Source: Squalus acanthias (lineage: Eukaryota). From it: a stretch of DNA of 64,000 nt. The notes below the pieces were generated by a model. The model saw only the letters and a list, made by a program, of their open reading frames with translations. It did no database searches and had not been told where the DNA came from. The translations under genes and the position numbers were made by a program. The stretch is taken from contig CM059432.1 in assembly GCA_030390025.1 (NCBI GenBank), forward strand, positions 80,974,001 through 81,038,000, written 5' to 3'. This document shows, one piece after another, positions 25,209-36,560 of this stretch. How positions within the stretch are numbered: position 1 is the stretch's first letter; each line of letters opens with the position of its first letter.

Positions 25209-25644
25209 CTGATGACACTGCAGTTTGTAATTCGGGAATTATCCAGCCTTGCTTATGGAAATATTCACTTCAGGACGTCACCTATCCTCCATTATATTAT
25301 GGTTGAAATGCAATGAAATTAACAAATAGACAAAACCACCATAATTACGTTTGACATGTTCTTGTGTGGAAATTATTCAGAAAATCTTGCACACAACTAC
25401 AGCATTGCCACATGGATATTGCACCCATAAATAAAGTGCACTGTTAATCTTAGAAAGGCATCAGTGAACAGTACTTTCCTTGAACTTTATTTGTTCAAAA
25501 ATATAAACTGGTGTATTTTGCTTGTAAGCAGAAAATACTGTAGAGTCGAATAAATCTTGATTCTAGATTTGTTGGGCTTATTTGTGCCAATAAATATTTG
25601 TCAAAGACTGCTGTGTAACTCTTCTAGGTTAAGATGGGAAATAA

Positions 25645-25954
25645 TCCCCACTGGTTGGGGATTCTAGGACTATGGGGCATAGTCTAAAAATTAGAACCAG
25701 ACCTTTCAGGAGTGAAATTAGGGAACACTTCTGCACACAAAGGGTGGTGAAGTTTAGAACTCTTTTCTGCAAACAGCAATTGATGCTAGATCAATGGTTA
25801 ATTTTAAATTGGAGATTGATAGCTTTCTGTTAACCAAAGTTATTAAGGGTTATGGGTCAAAGGCGGGTATGTGGCGTTAGGTCGCAGATCAGCCACGATC
25901 TCATTAAATGGCGGAGCAGGCTCGAGGGCTTGAATAGCCGACTCCTGTTCCTAT
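25645..25954 (+). mobile_element. CR1 3' fragment
   Basis: Closely matches 18270-18585. Confidence 0.9.
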
Positions 25955-27175
25955 GGCTGGAATTTTGCCGGTGCTCAGCGGACGGGATGGGTGGCGGGTC
26001 GGCTGTTAAATTTAAAATGATTGACAGCTGTCAAAACGCGCACACTGGACTTTCCCAATGTCGGGTCTGCCAGCGCTGAGCAGACCCGATAGGCAGCGGC
26101 GGGGGAGGCAATTAAAATCATTAGTGGCTTGTTTACAGACACTTATCAATGGTTTCTTTCCCAGCTTTTTGGATTTGACAGGTCGCCCACTGGTTTCCTG
26201 CTGTGCCTAGATCTCGTCTGTGAAGCTGAGGCGGGAGGTCAGTGGCCATTGACTCAGCTGATGAGTTGACAGCTTCAAATGTCAAGTCAAAGCTCCCAGC
26301 TGATTGATATATGTTCCCTTAACCACTAGCTTCTCTAAACTGCATTACCACTAGAGATTCAGGATACTGCCATGCTTTATACAAGTCTCCATCCAGTCTG
26401 ACCTCATTACCTCTCCCACCATTGACAGATCGCTTCTGTCATCTCTACTTCAGCTGCCATCTATTCCATCAGCATTGGTGCACTTTATAGTCTCTCACCT
26501 TGGTCTTCAGAATCCCACCACGATCAGCCCCATCACCAGGCACACCAGCAGCACCAGGCACACCAGCAGCACCAACAACAACACCAACCTTCTCCGCAAT
26601 CACCTGATGCTGCACAGGACAGAGGGCATCAGCACCCAACCACATTGCTGCCCGGGAGGCCAGGGATGGCCTCACCATGGCGACATTTACTTCACTTGAC
26701 GCTGTACACCCTGGCTGCCACATGATGCGCCAGGTTGGCACCACCCCACACCAACAACATAAAGCATCCCTACAATGCCCAAGATCGTTGAAAGGTTTGC
26801 ACCACTGCAGCCAGGTCCTCCTGACGACATCCCTGCTTGTGTCCTCCTGTGCAATGTGCAACCAGGCTGCGTTGGTGTCCTGGGGAGGGAAGAGGACCTC
26901 CCTGCGTATGGAGGGAGTCATGGGAGAGCCTGGGTGCAGCCCTGCACCTCTGTGCAGTGCTTGTCAGTGTCTGCAACACCTCAATGCTGTAGAACACTGA
27001 CAGCACAAATGTCAAACTATATTTGGGCATGACGCGTCATAAATTACATCATCAGACCCGCTTCCTTCAATTGGCCGGGAAACGCGCTGGGTGGACTTAA
27101 CAAGCCCAATCATCGGCTGAGACCGGCCACTGACATCGCCCGCCACGGACCCGCCGAGGTGGGTAAATCGTGGCC
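25955..27175 (-). mobile_element. Non-autonomous Harbinger derivative with a Myb/SANT-like gene remnant
   Basis: TSD TAT (25952-54, 27176-78) within the CR1 tail. Ends GGCTGGAATTT / AAATCGTGGCC. Minus-strand frames give RAAPRLSHDSL and RREVLFPP...AAWLHIAQE.TSRDVVRRTWLQWCKPFNDL, a trihelix Myb/SANT motif typical of Harbinger ORF2. Confidence 0.85.
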
Positions 27176-27787
27176 TATGTTCCAGTGTATCTGCTTTAGT
27201 AGCAGCGATTTTTAAAAAGTCTGAAAACTGGGAGTAGAGAAAAAACACAGTTGATATCTGTGTTAACTTCTGAAGATGATAAATATGATCTTCAGAACTG
27301 CTGAGCCTTGAAGTCATCTCATGGGATTTGATTAATGTAAAAGTAGGTTACAGTATACTAGTAATTAGAAGATTGCAGCATTTTTATAGCAACCTGTGGT
27401 AAGAGAATCATTTACACAAGATTACTTGAACTATTTCAGTCAATATTAACATTGTTTTCCTGTAGTGTACTGCCAAATATTGCGGGCGATAATGTATTGT
27501 ATGTACCTATGCTCACAGAATATTTAATTATACTGTCAATATTGTTCTGTACTATACATCTATTGTATAATATATTTGGTATTGCACCGTTGTGGATATG
27601 CAGCTGAATTTCATTTGATATGTTGTACGACCGTAGGTAAAGTTAATGATTCACCTGTATATTTAGGTACTAAGGAGATTTTCAATTTGATATTTTTTAC
27701 AATAGTATGACCATACGAAATGTAAAAGGCCAGTGGAATAATTTCTGTACCTTTTGTATGTAGGTATTTTAACTAGTTAAAGTAAAG

Positions 27788-29820
27788 ACTGCTGCCGCCC
27801 ATGCCGAGGTGGTGCAGTCTACTGCCGGGCCTTTTAGGGCTTGACCTGCTCAAGGTCGTCCTGCAAGGCCACCTGAAGTCTCCCCCATGAAAACTCAGCA
27901 ACCTTCCACCAGCCATGCTGCAGCCACTAGGGGAGCACCTAACAGGAGCACTAATCTGGAAAGGGCACTCGAATGACAGGCATTAAGGGATTGCAGAAGG
28001 TTCATTAGTTCATATCGTAGGTGTCAACTGATTTTTGATTAAAACATTTTTTTGGAATCCTTTGTGGTGTTTCTCATTTCAGCTTTGTGCCCAGGAGGAC
28101 GCTGTGATGTTCCGTGACAGAGGGCTGGTATGATGGGGATGTGGTGAGCAACGGGGATCTGGGGTTTCATTCATTGGAATTGGAATCTGATGAGGCGTTC
28201 ACTGACAGCCCGTCCGGAAGAGGGTTTGGCTGCACGCCTCCTCCCTTCCTGCTCGTCCTCTTTCTCTTGCTTATCTTCCTCCTCCTCTCACTCCTCCTCC
28301 ACCTGAAGTGGTCCCGCAATCCCTGGTGGCAAGGGCTATGCCCTCATGATGGCCAAGTTGTGAAGCATGTAGCAGACCACCAGGAAATGGGACAGTAATC
28401 CGCTGAGTACTGGAGGGCTCCTCCCGAGCGGTCAAGGAAGTGGAACCGTTGCTTCAGTAGCCCGATGTTCTGCTCGATAATGATCCTGGTGGAAGCATGG
28501 CTGTCATTATATGAGTGCTGGGCACAAGTGGGGGGGTTGTGGAGGGGAGTCATCAGCCAGATGCAGAGCAGATAGCCCTTGTCTCCGAGCAGCCACCCTC
28601 GAGTTTCATGTGGTGGCTGGAAGATTGAAGGCATCATGGCTGCTGCCAGGATAGCGGGCATTGACCATCAGGAAGCGCTGGGTGTGGTCGCACACCAACT
28701 GCACATAAGTGAGTGGTAACCTTTGCGGTTACGGAAGATCTCAGGATTGTTATGAAGCGTCCACAAAGCCACGCAGGTGCAGTCGATGGCGCCCTGCACC
28801 ATGGGGAAGCCCACTATCCTAGCAAGGCCATATGCGCGCTTGTCCTGCTTCTCTCTGTTCAGAGAGAAGAAAACGTAGTCCCTTCTCCTCGTGTAGAGAG
28901 CCACAGTGACCTCCCGGATGCAGCGATGGACAGCAAACTGTGAGCTGTTAGTTATATCTCCTGCTGCAAACTTAAAGGATCCGCTGGCGAAGAAATAGAG
29001 TGCCACGGTGACCTTGACTGTAACTGGGAGAGCCGTGGTCACTCTGCGCTGAGGCTGCAGGTCTGGTTGCAGGAGGTGGCAGAGTTCTGTGACCACCTTC
29101 TTGGTGAAACGGAGCTTCCTAATGCACTGCTCCTCCCTTAAGTGGATATAAGAGAAGTGCTCTCGGAAGACCTTAGGTGGGTAAGGCCTCCTGTTGAGAG
29201 CCTTCCTGGCCCTCCTCCTCCTTCCTCTGCACACATCTTCTCATCTTCTTTGCTGCCTCCACTGTGTTTCCCAAAGATACTCAAGATCGAGGGGAACTGC
29301 CAGTAGAGCCCCCATGACTGTGAGCAAGTGTTGTGAGCAGAAGCCATTAAATCAGAATGAAGGTGTTCTCCACTTGCCCCAACACTCCCTGTTACCTGAG
29401 GACCTTGAAAGAAGTTAATAAAGCTGCTGGAGTTGCAGAAAGTTTCACAGAGCCAGTCAAACTGCAGAAACATGTCAGGTGCAAGTTGTTTCTGATGACC
29501 CCTTTTAATACCGCTGCTGGAGCCTCCTTCCTGCTTGTCAACGCTTGCTCAGTTCGTCGCGCTTAAGGCATGCCGGTAAGTGGAGCGGCGATGTCGAAAC
29601 TCACAGATCGGGCATCAAGTGAGCGTTGCACACTCACTGATGTCATGATCTGCATAATCTACATAATTTTGGTGAGTGCCAACACCGGCAGCACTGATGG
29701 TCATCTGAAAATGGCAGTCGTCGCGAGATCCTCTGGCAGTGGGCGGAAAAGCGGCAGCCGCCATTTTTTCCCCCAAATCTGACAGTAACGGGAGGCGCTA
29801 AAGCCCTAAATTTCTAGGCC
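27788..29820 (-). mobile_element. Decayed PIF/Harbinger DNA transposon, left end missing
   Basis: Right terminus AATTTCTAGGCC followed by TAT. Contains the transposase pseudogene. 27790-28000 resembles the low-complexity 3' end of a convergent accessory ORF (inference). Confidence 0.85.
28170..29240 (-). pseudogene. Harbinger (HARBI1-like DDE) transposase, frameshifted
   Basis: LRFTK..V.ELC, VTVALYFFASGSF, GFPMVQGAIDCT, RNRKGYHSL, NARYPGSSHDA (another frame), LLGDKGY, LMTP, HASTR.IIEQ.IGLLKQRF, acidic tail. Confidence 0.93.
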
Positions 29821-30129
29821 TATTTGTCTTGTGTGGAATAGAATTCTGTTGAAAACTGTTGATTAACCTCTTTAAAAAAGGGCTGCAGGATTGAAGGTTA
29901 TATGATGAGTACAGACAATCAAATGTGGGACTTCATTTTTCCAGTTCTGCAAGAACCACAGAATAGTTGACTTTATTACAATCTTTTCAAATTGGAAGGA
30001 AGTTGGATTGAATAACTGAATGAATGGCCAGAAGTATTACAGTAAAAATAACAATTGATGTAAAATCTAGAACACATATGCCAAAAAGAAAATCACATTA
30101 TCGCCAGCTAAAATTCCACTAAAAGCTTT

Positions 30130-30420
30130 CCTGATGGTCTCGTGGGTAAAGGTGGCAGCCAGTGGAGCACTGATGTATAGAGACCAAGTGTCCCAGGTTT
30201 GATTCTTGGTATGTATTAAATTGGCTGATCTCAGTCAGGACAGCATTTGGGATGCCACAATTGACCTCAGTGCCATGGGTCAGGAAGGGGGAAAAAAAAC
30301 AGTCGGGATCCCTGCTCCTGACCACTATCCAGCGATTCTTGTTGGAAAGATTATTTGTATGGACATCTGGCTAGAAAAGGATTAGACTGGACTGTGATTC
30401 TCTTCACTGGTGAGTAGCCT
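30130..30420 (+). mobile_element. Old tRNA-derived SINE-like repeat
   Basis: Degenerate A box (TGGTCTCGTGG) and B box (CCCAGGTTTGATTCTTGG) followed by a non-tRNA body. Confidence 0.5.
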
Positions 30421-30769
30421 GTTTTTGGTCAATTTAAGACAAAATTATATTGGAACATTTGATTGAATGCGAAATGATCACCAGCAGTATTTATGTCAAT
30501 GGATATATCCTTGTTCCAAGCACTGCTATAGAAATAGTTGGGCTGATGATTGGTTGGCATTGTGTGCTCAGCACCAATTGTGGTCCTGAGTGAAAAGACC
30601 GAAATAGGAGGAAAAATTAGAGGGGGAAACAATTATGATAAAAGAGAAAGAAAAAGATTTTAAAAATTGAAGAAAAGGAGGGCATTGCGAGAGACATATC
30701 ATTCACGAACATGATTTCCTGCAAAATTAAAATTTCTACTCAGACTCGATCTAATTCCATGATGTTTTG

Positions 30770-31170
30770 TACCAGTAGTGTTTGCAACGACCTATTCATA
30801 TAGACCTACATTGACACATCAGAGAAGATCTGCATTAGGTGGCTATGATTTATGAAGGAGGCAGTGAAAGAAATATGCAGTCTCCTGGAGTCAGACCATC
30901 AGATTAAGTGTAGGACAGAGACTGTTCCATCATGGCCTGTCAAGGTGACTGGTACATTAACTTTTATACCAAACAACAGCAGAGGATATCTTCCGAATCT
31001 CACAACTAATAGAATGCCAATGTATCAAGCAGGTGACAACTTCCTTGTTTGTCACAGCAAGTTCCTTCATCAATTTACCCATGGAAACCACACAGCAGCA
31101 TTAGAGAACAACAGACTTTTACCATGTCACAGGTTTCCCACAAATTGTAGGGCATTATTGGTGGCATGAA
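30770..31170 (+). pseudogene. Ancient Harbinger transposase relic
   Basis: YIDTSEKICIRWL*FMKEAVKEICSLLESD...PVKVTGTLTF aligns by eye with YIHLREEQCIRKLRFTKKVVTELCHLLQPD...TVKVTVALYF of the 28668..29234 ORF. GFPQ motif near 31132. Confidence 0.7.
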
Positions 31171-31177
31171 TCCTTCT

Positions 31178-31895
31178 CGTAGGAACAGAAGTGAACCATT
31201 CAGTCCTTTGAGCCTGTTCCGCCATTCAATCAGATCATGGCTGATCCATACGTCAACTACATTTACCCATGTTTGATCTATATCTCTTGCTCCCCTTACC
31301 TAACAAAAATCTTAGCGATCTTAGTCATGAGCATTTCAATTGACCCAACATCCACAACCTTTTGGAGGAGGGAGTTCCAGATTTCCTATGTGTGAAAAAG
31401 TGTTTACTGATTTCACTTCGAAATGGCCTCGCTCTCATTTTAAGGTTGTGCCCCCTTGTTCTGGATTCTTCCAGCAGAGGAAATAGTTCTCTGTATCTAC
31501 CCTATTGAATTCCTTTATCATTTGGAAAAAACTTGATTAAATCACCTCTAATCCTACTAAACTCAAGCAAACACAAACCACATTTATGCAAACTGTCCTC
31601 AAAATTTAACCCTGATAATCTGGTGAACCTGCATTGCATCCCCTCTAATATCTTTCCCAAATCTGAATATAATACTGCAGATGGGATCTGACCAAGGCTC
31701 TTGGCAACTTCAGCATCAATTCCTCACTTTTGTATTCCAACCCCCTTAAGATGAGGCCAACATTCAATTAGCATTTTTGATTACTTTCTATACCTGTGCA
31801 GTAGATTTTAGTGATTTTTGCACTCGAATCCTTTTGCCCCTCCGCAGCTCCAAGTCTCTCACCATTATGAAAATATTCCGATTTGTCTTTGTGAC
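31178..31895 (-). mobile_element. Old CR1 3' fragment
   Basis: Reverse complement of CR1 3' UTR (CCGCCATTCAATCAGATCATGGCTGAT) and YFHNGERLGAAE.QKD. Confidence 0.85.
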
Positions 31896-32090
31896 ATGGA
31901 GCCTTGACCACTAACAGTGCATATTGAAGGATTGTGCTTGCGATTTCCCGATATGCACTCCTGTCAACCAAGGTGCCATGTCAGGAGTGGACATTTGTAA
32001 AATTGGCTGTATAATAAAAATTTTAACAGTCACAGTAAAACTCAAATTAGGGATTTACAAGGCTTCATAATAATCAATATTCACTGAACT

Positions 32091-33935
32091 ACAGTGGATG
32101 CACTGGTATTAATCTTCCACAATTCCCTAGATTCTAGAACAGTTCCCAAGGATTGGAAGGTAGCAAAGAAAGGAGGAAGAGAAAAAACGGGGAACTATAG
32201 GCCAGTTAGCCTGACATCAGTAGTAGGCAAAATGCTAGAATCTATTATTAGGGACGTGGTAACAGGGCACTTAGAAAATAATAATATGATTAGGCAGAGT
32301 CAACATGGTTTTATGAAAGGGAAATTGTGCTTGACAAATTCAAGTTTTTTTGAAGATGTAGCTAGTAGGATGGATAAGGCGGTATCAGTGGATGTAGTGT
32401 ATTTGGATTTTCATAAAGTATTCAATAAGGTGCCACACAAGAGGTTATTACACAAAATTAGGACTCATGGGATTGGGGGTAATATATTAGCATGGATTGA
32501 GGATTGGTTAATGGACAGAAAACAGAGAGTAGGAATAAACAGGACTTTTTCAGGTTGGCAGGCTGTAACTAGCGGGGTACCGCAAGGATCAATGCTTGGG
32601 CCTCAGCTATTTACAATCTATATTAATGACTTAGATGAAGGGACTGAGTGTAACGTTCCAAGATTGCTGATGATACAAAGTTTGGTGGGAAGGTAAGCTG
32701 TGAGGAGGCTGCAGAGAGATATAGACAGGTTAACTGAGTGAGCAAGAACATGGCAAATGGAGTTTGCACATTCTCCCCGTGTCTGCGTGGGTTTCCTCCG
32801 GGTGCTCCGGTTTCCTCCCACAGTCCAAAAATGTGCGGGTTAGGTTGATTTGGCTATGATAAATTGACCCTTAGTGTTAGGGGGGGATTAAATATGTGGG
32901 GTTATGGGGATAGGATGGGATATGTTAGGGGGAATTAAATACGTGGGGTTACGGGGGTAGGGTGGGATATGTGTACTGTGGGGATTAAAGCAGGGGACAG
33001 GGTACTGGATTTGGATGATCAGCCATGATCGTATTGAATGGTGGAGCAGGCTCGACGGGCCGAATGGCCTACTCCTGCTCCTAGATTCTATGTTTCTATG
33101 TTTCTATGTTTTTAATACAATGTGGGGAAGTATGAAGTTATCCACTTTGGTAGGAAAAACAAAAAAGCAGAATATTTTTGGAATGGTGAGAGACTGGGAA
33201 ATGTTTGCATTCAGAAGGATCTGGGTGTTCCTGTACATGAATCACAGAAAGTTAATATACAGGTACAGCAAGCAATTTGGAAAGCAAATGGTATGTTAGC
33301 TTTTGTTACAAAGGGATTAGAGAATAAGAGTTAAGAAGTCTTACTACAATTATAAAGGGCATTGGTGAGGCCACACCTGGAGTACTGTGTACAGTTCTGG
33401 TCTCCTTTCCTGAGGAAAGACATACTTGCCTTAGAGGGAGTGCAACAAAGGTTCACTAGACTGGTTCCCAGGATGGGGGTATTTTCCTATGAGGAGAGAT
33501 TGAGTAGACTAGGCCTATATTCCCTAGAGTTTAGAAGAATGAGTGGTGATCTCATTGAAACATATAAAATTCTTAAGGGGCTTGACAGGGTTAATGCTGA
33601 GAAAATGTTTCTCCTGGCTGGGGAATCTAGAACACGGGGTCACAGTCTCAGAATAAGGGGTTGGCCATTTACAACTGAGATGAGAAATTTCTTCACTCAA
33701 AGGGTTGTGAATCTTTGGAATTCTCTACCCCAGAGAGCTGTGGATGCTCAGTCATCAAGTATATCTAAGACGGAGGTCGATAAATTTTTGGGAACTAAGG
33801 GAATTAAGGGATTTGGGGATAGTGCGGGAAGGTGGAGTTGAGGTAGAAGATCAGCCATGATCTTGTTGAATGGCGGAGCAGGCTCGAAGGGCCAAATGGC
33901 CTACTCCTGCTCCTATTTCTTATGTTCTTATGTAC
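32091..33935 (+). mobile_element. CR1 LINE, ORF2 RT to 3' end, interrupted by a V-SINE
   Basis: [40 protein letters not shown]. Tail TTCTTATGTTCTTATG. Confidence 0.95.
32758..33112 (+). mobile_element. 5'-truncated V-SINE (HE1-like)
   Basis: V domain TGGAGTTTGCACATTCTCCCCGTGTCTGCGTGGGTTTCCTCCGGGTGCTCCGGTTTCCTCCCAC. CR1-derived tail ending (TTCTATGT)n. Confidence 0.92.
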
Positions 33936-34266
33936 TTATTGCTGCTTTGAATTTCAACTGTAAATACTTTACGGGCTAAAAATTCTAGTGTGCCAAAAAG
34001 CTGCCGGTGCTACCGTGGCCCACAGTTAATGGCTGCCCAAATTAATGGTGCTGCCTGCTGTTTAACATTGGCACAGCGCTAAACCTACCATATAAGGCTG
34101 GTTTTCGGGCACTACTCTCAACAGTAGGCCCAATGTAGTGTGGCCGTTGCGTCCCTGGAGCAAGAACAGCATTCTCTTAAAGCTAGCCTGTCATTTTAGA
34201 AAACAGTTTCAGTCCCTTAAAGAGGACCTGCCTTCTAAAATGAAAAAATAAAATTCATATTTTCAA

Positions 34267-36560
34267 TTTTTTTATTCGTTCATGGGATGTGGGCGTCGCT
34301 GGCAAGGCCAGCATTTATTGCCCATCCCTAGGTTCCCTTGAGAAGGTGGTGGTGAGCCGTCTTCTTGAACCTCTGCAGTCCGTGTGGTGAAGGTACTCCC
34401 ACAATGCTGTTAGCGAGGGTATTCCAGGGTTTTGACCCAGCGACGATGAAGGAAAGTCGATATACTTCCAAGTCAGGATGGTGTGTGACTTGGAGGGGAA
34501 CTTGCAGGTGAACTTGGAGGTGGTGGTGTTCCCATGCGCCTGCTGCCCTTGTCCTTCTAGGTGGCAGAGGTCGTGGGTTTGGGAGTTGTTGCAGTGCATC
34601 TTGTAGATGATACACACTGCAGCCATGGTACACCAGTGGTGGAGGGAGTGAATGTTTAAGGTGGTGAATGGGGTGCCAATCAAGCGGGCTGCTTTGTCCT
34701 GGATGGTGTTGAGCTTCTTGAGTGTTGTTGGAGCTGCACTCATCCAGGCAAGTGGAGAGTATTCCATCACACTCCTTACTTGTGCCTTGTAGATGGTGGA
34801 AAGGCTTTGGGGAGTCAGGAGGTGAGACACTCGCCGCAGAATATCCAGCCTCTGACCTGCTCTTGTTGCCACAGTATTTATGTAGCTGGTCCAGTTAAGT
34901 TTCTGGTCAATGGTGACCCCCAGGATATTGATGGTGGGGGATTCGACGATAGTAATGCCGTTGAATGTCAAGGGGCGGTGGTTAGATGCTCACTTTTTGG
35001 AGATAGTCATTGCTGGCACTTGTGTGGCGCGAATGTTACCTGCCACTTATCAGCCCAAGCCTGAATGCCATTCAGGTCTTGCTGCATGTGGGCAAGGACT
35101 GCTTCATTATCTGAGGAGTTGCAAATGGCACTGAACACTGTGCAGTCATCAGCGAACATCCCCACTTCTGACCTTATGATGGAGGGAAGGTCATTGATGA
35201 AGCAGCTGAAGATGGTTGGGCCTAGGATACTGCCCTGAGGAACTCCTGCAGTGATGTCCTGGGCTGTGATGATTGACCTCCAACCACCACAACCATCTTC
35301 CTTTGTGCTAGGTATGACTCCAGCCAGTGGAGAGTTTTCCCCCCGATTCCCATTGACTTCAGTTTTGCTGGGGCTCCTTGATGCCACACTCAGTCATATG
35401 CTGCCTTGATGTCAAGGGCAGTCACTCTCACCTCACCTCTGGAATTCAGCTCTTTTGTCCATGTTTGAACCAATGCTGTAATGAGGTCTGGAGCCGAGTG
35501 GTCCTGGCGGAACCCAAACTGGGCATCAGTGAGCAGGTTATTGGTGAGTAAGTACTGCTTGATAGCACTGTCGACGACACCTTCCATCACTTTGATGATG
35601 ATTGAGGGTTGACTGATGGGGCGGTAATTGGCCGGATTGGATTTGTCCTGCTTTTTGTGGACATGACATACTTGGGCAGTTTTCCACATTGATGGATGGA
35701 TGCCAGTGTTGTAGCTGTACTGGAACAGCTTGGCTAGAGGCACGACTAGTTCTGGAGCACAAACCTTCAGCATGACAGCCAGGATGTTGTCGGGGTCCAC
35801 AGCCTTTGCTGTATCCAGTGCGCTCAGCCGTTTCTTGATATCACGTGGAGTGAATCGAATTGGCTGAAGACTGGCTTCTGTGGTGGTGGGGACCTCAGGA
35901 GGAGGCTGATATTGATCATCCACTCAGCACTTCTGGCTGAAGATGGTTGCAAATGCTTCAGCTTTGCCTTTTGCACTCACGTGCTGGGCTCCACCATCAT
36001 TGAGGATGGGGATATTCATGGAGCCTCCTCCTCCCAACAGTTGCTTAATGGTCCATCATCATTCATGACAGGATGTGGCAGCACTGCAGAGCTTTGATCT
36101 GATCCGTTGATTGTGGGATCGCTTAGCCCTTTCTATAGCATGCTGCTTCCGCTTTTTAGCATGCATGTAGTCTTGTGTTGCAGTTTCACCAGGTTGGCAC
36201 CGCATTTTTAGGTACACCTGGTGTTGCTCCTGGCATGCTCTTCTACACTCCTTATTGAACCAGGGTTGGTCCCCTGGCTTGATGGTAATGGTAGAGTGAG
36301 GGATATGCTGGGCCATGAGTTTACAGATTGTGGTGGAATATGATTCTGCTGCTGCTGATGGCCCATCGCGCCTCATGGATGCCCAGTTTTGAGCTGCTAG
36401 ATCTGCTCTGAATCTATCCCATTTAGCATGGTGGTAGTGCCACACAACACAATGGAGGGTTTCCTCAGTGTGAAGACGGGACTTCGTCACTGCTACCAAT
36501 GCTGTCATGGACAGATGCATCTGCGACAGGTAGATTTGTGAGGATGAGATCAAGTAGGTG
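34267..36560 (-). mobile_element. LINE family B (CR1/L2 group), longest copy: endonuclease C-terminus, RT and 3' UTR
   Basis: LLDLILTN..SIGS (APE endonuclease end), NYRPIS, QFGFRQDHS, ALDIKAAYD, PQGSILGP, FADD, AATAAA and A-tail. Several frameshifts. Confidence 0.93.

Noticed and set aside
28170..29240. Domesticated host HARBI1 gene
   Set aside because: Frameshifts, an internal deletion, an in-frame stop in the acidic tail and an adjacent TIR indicate a dead transposon.
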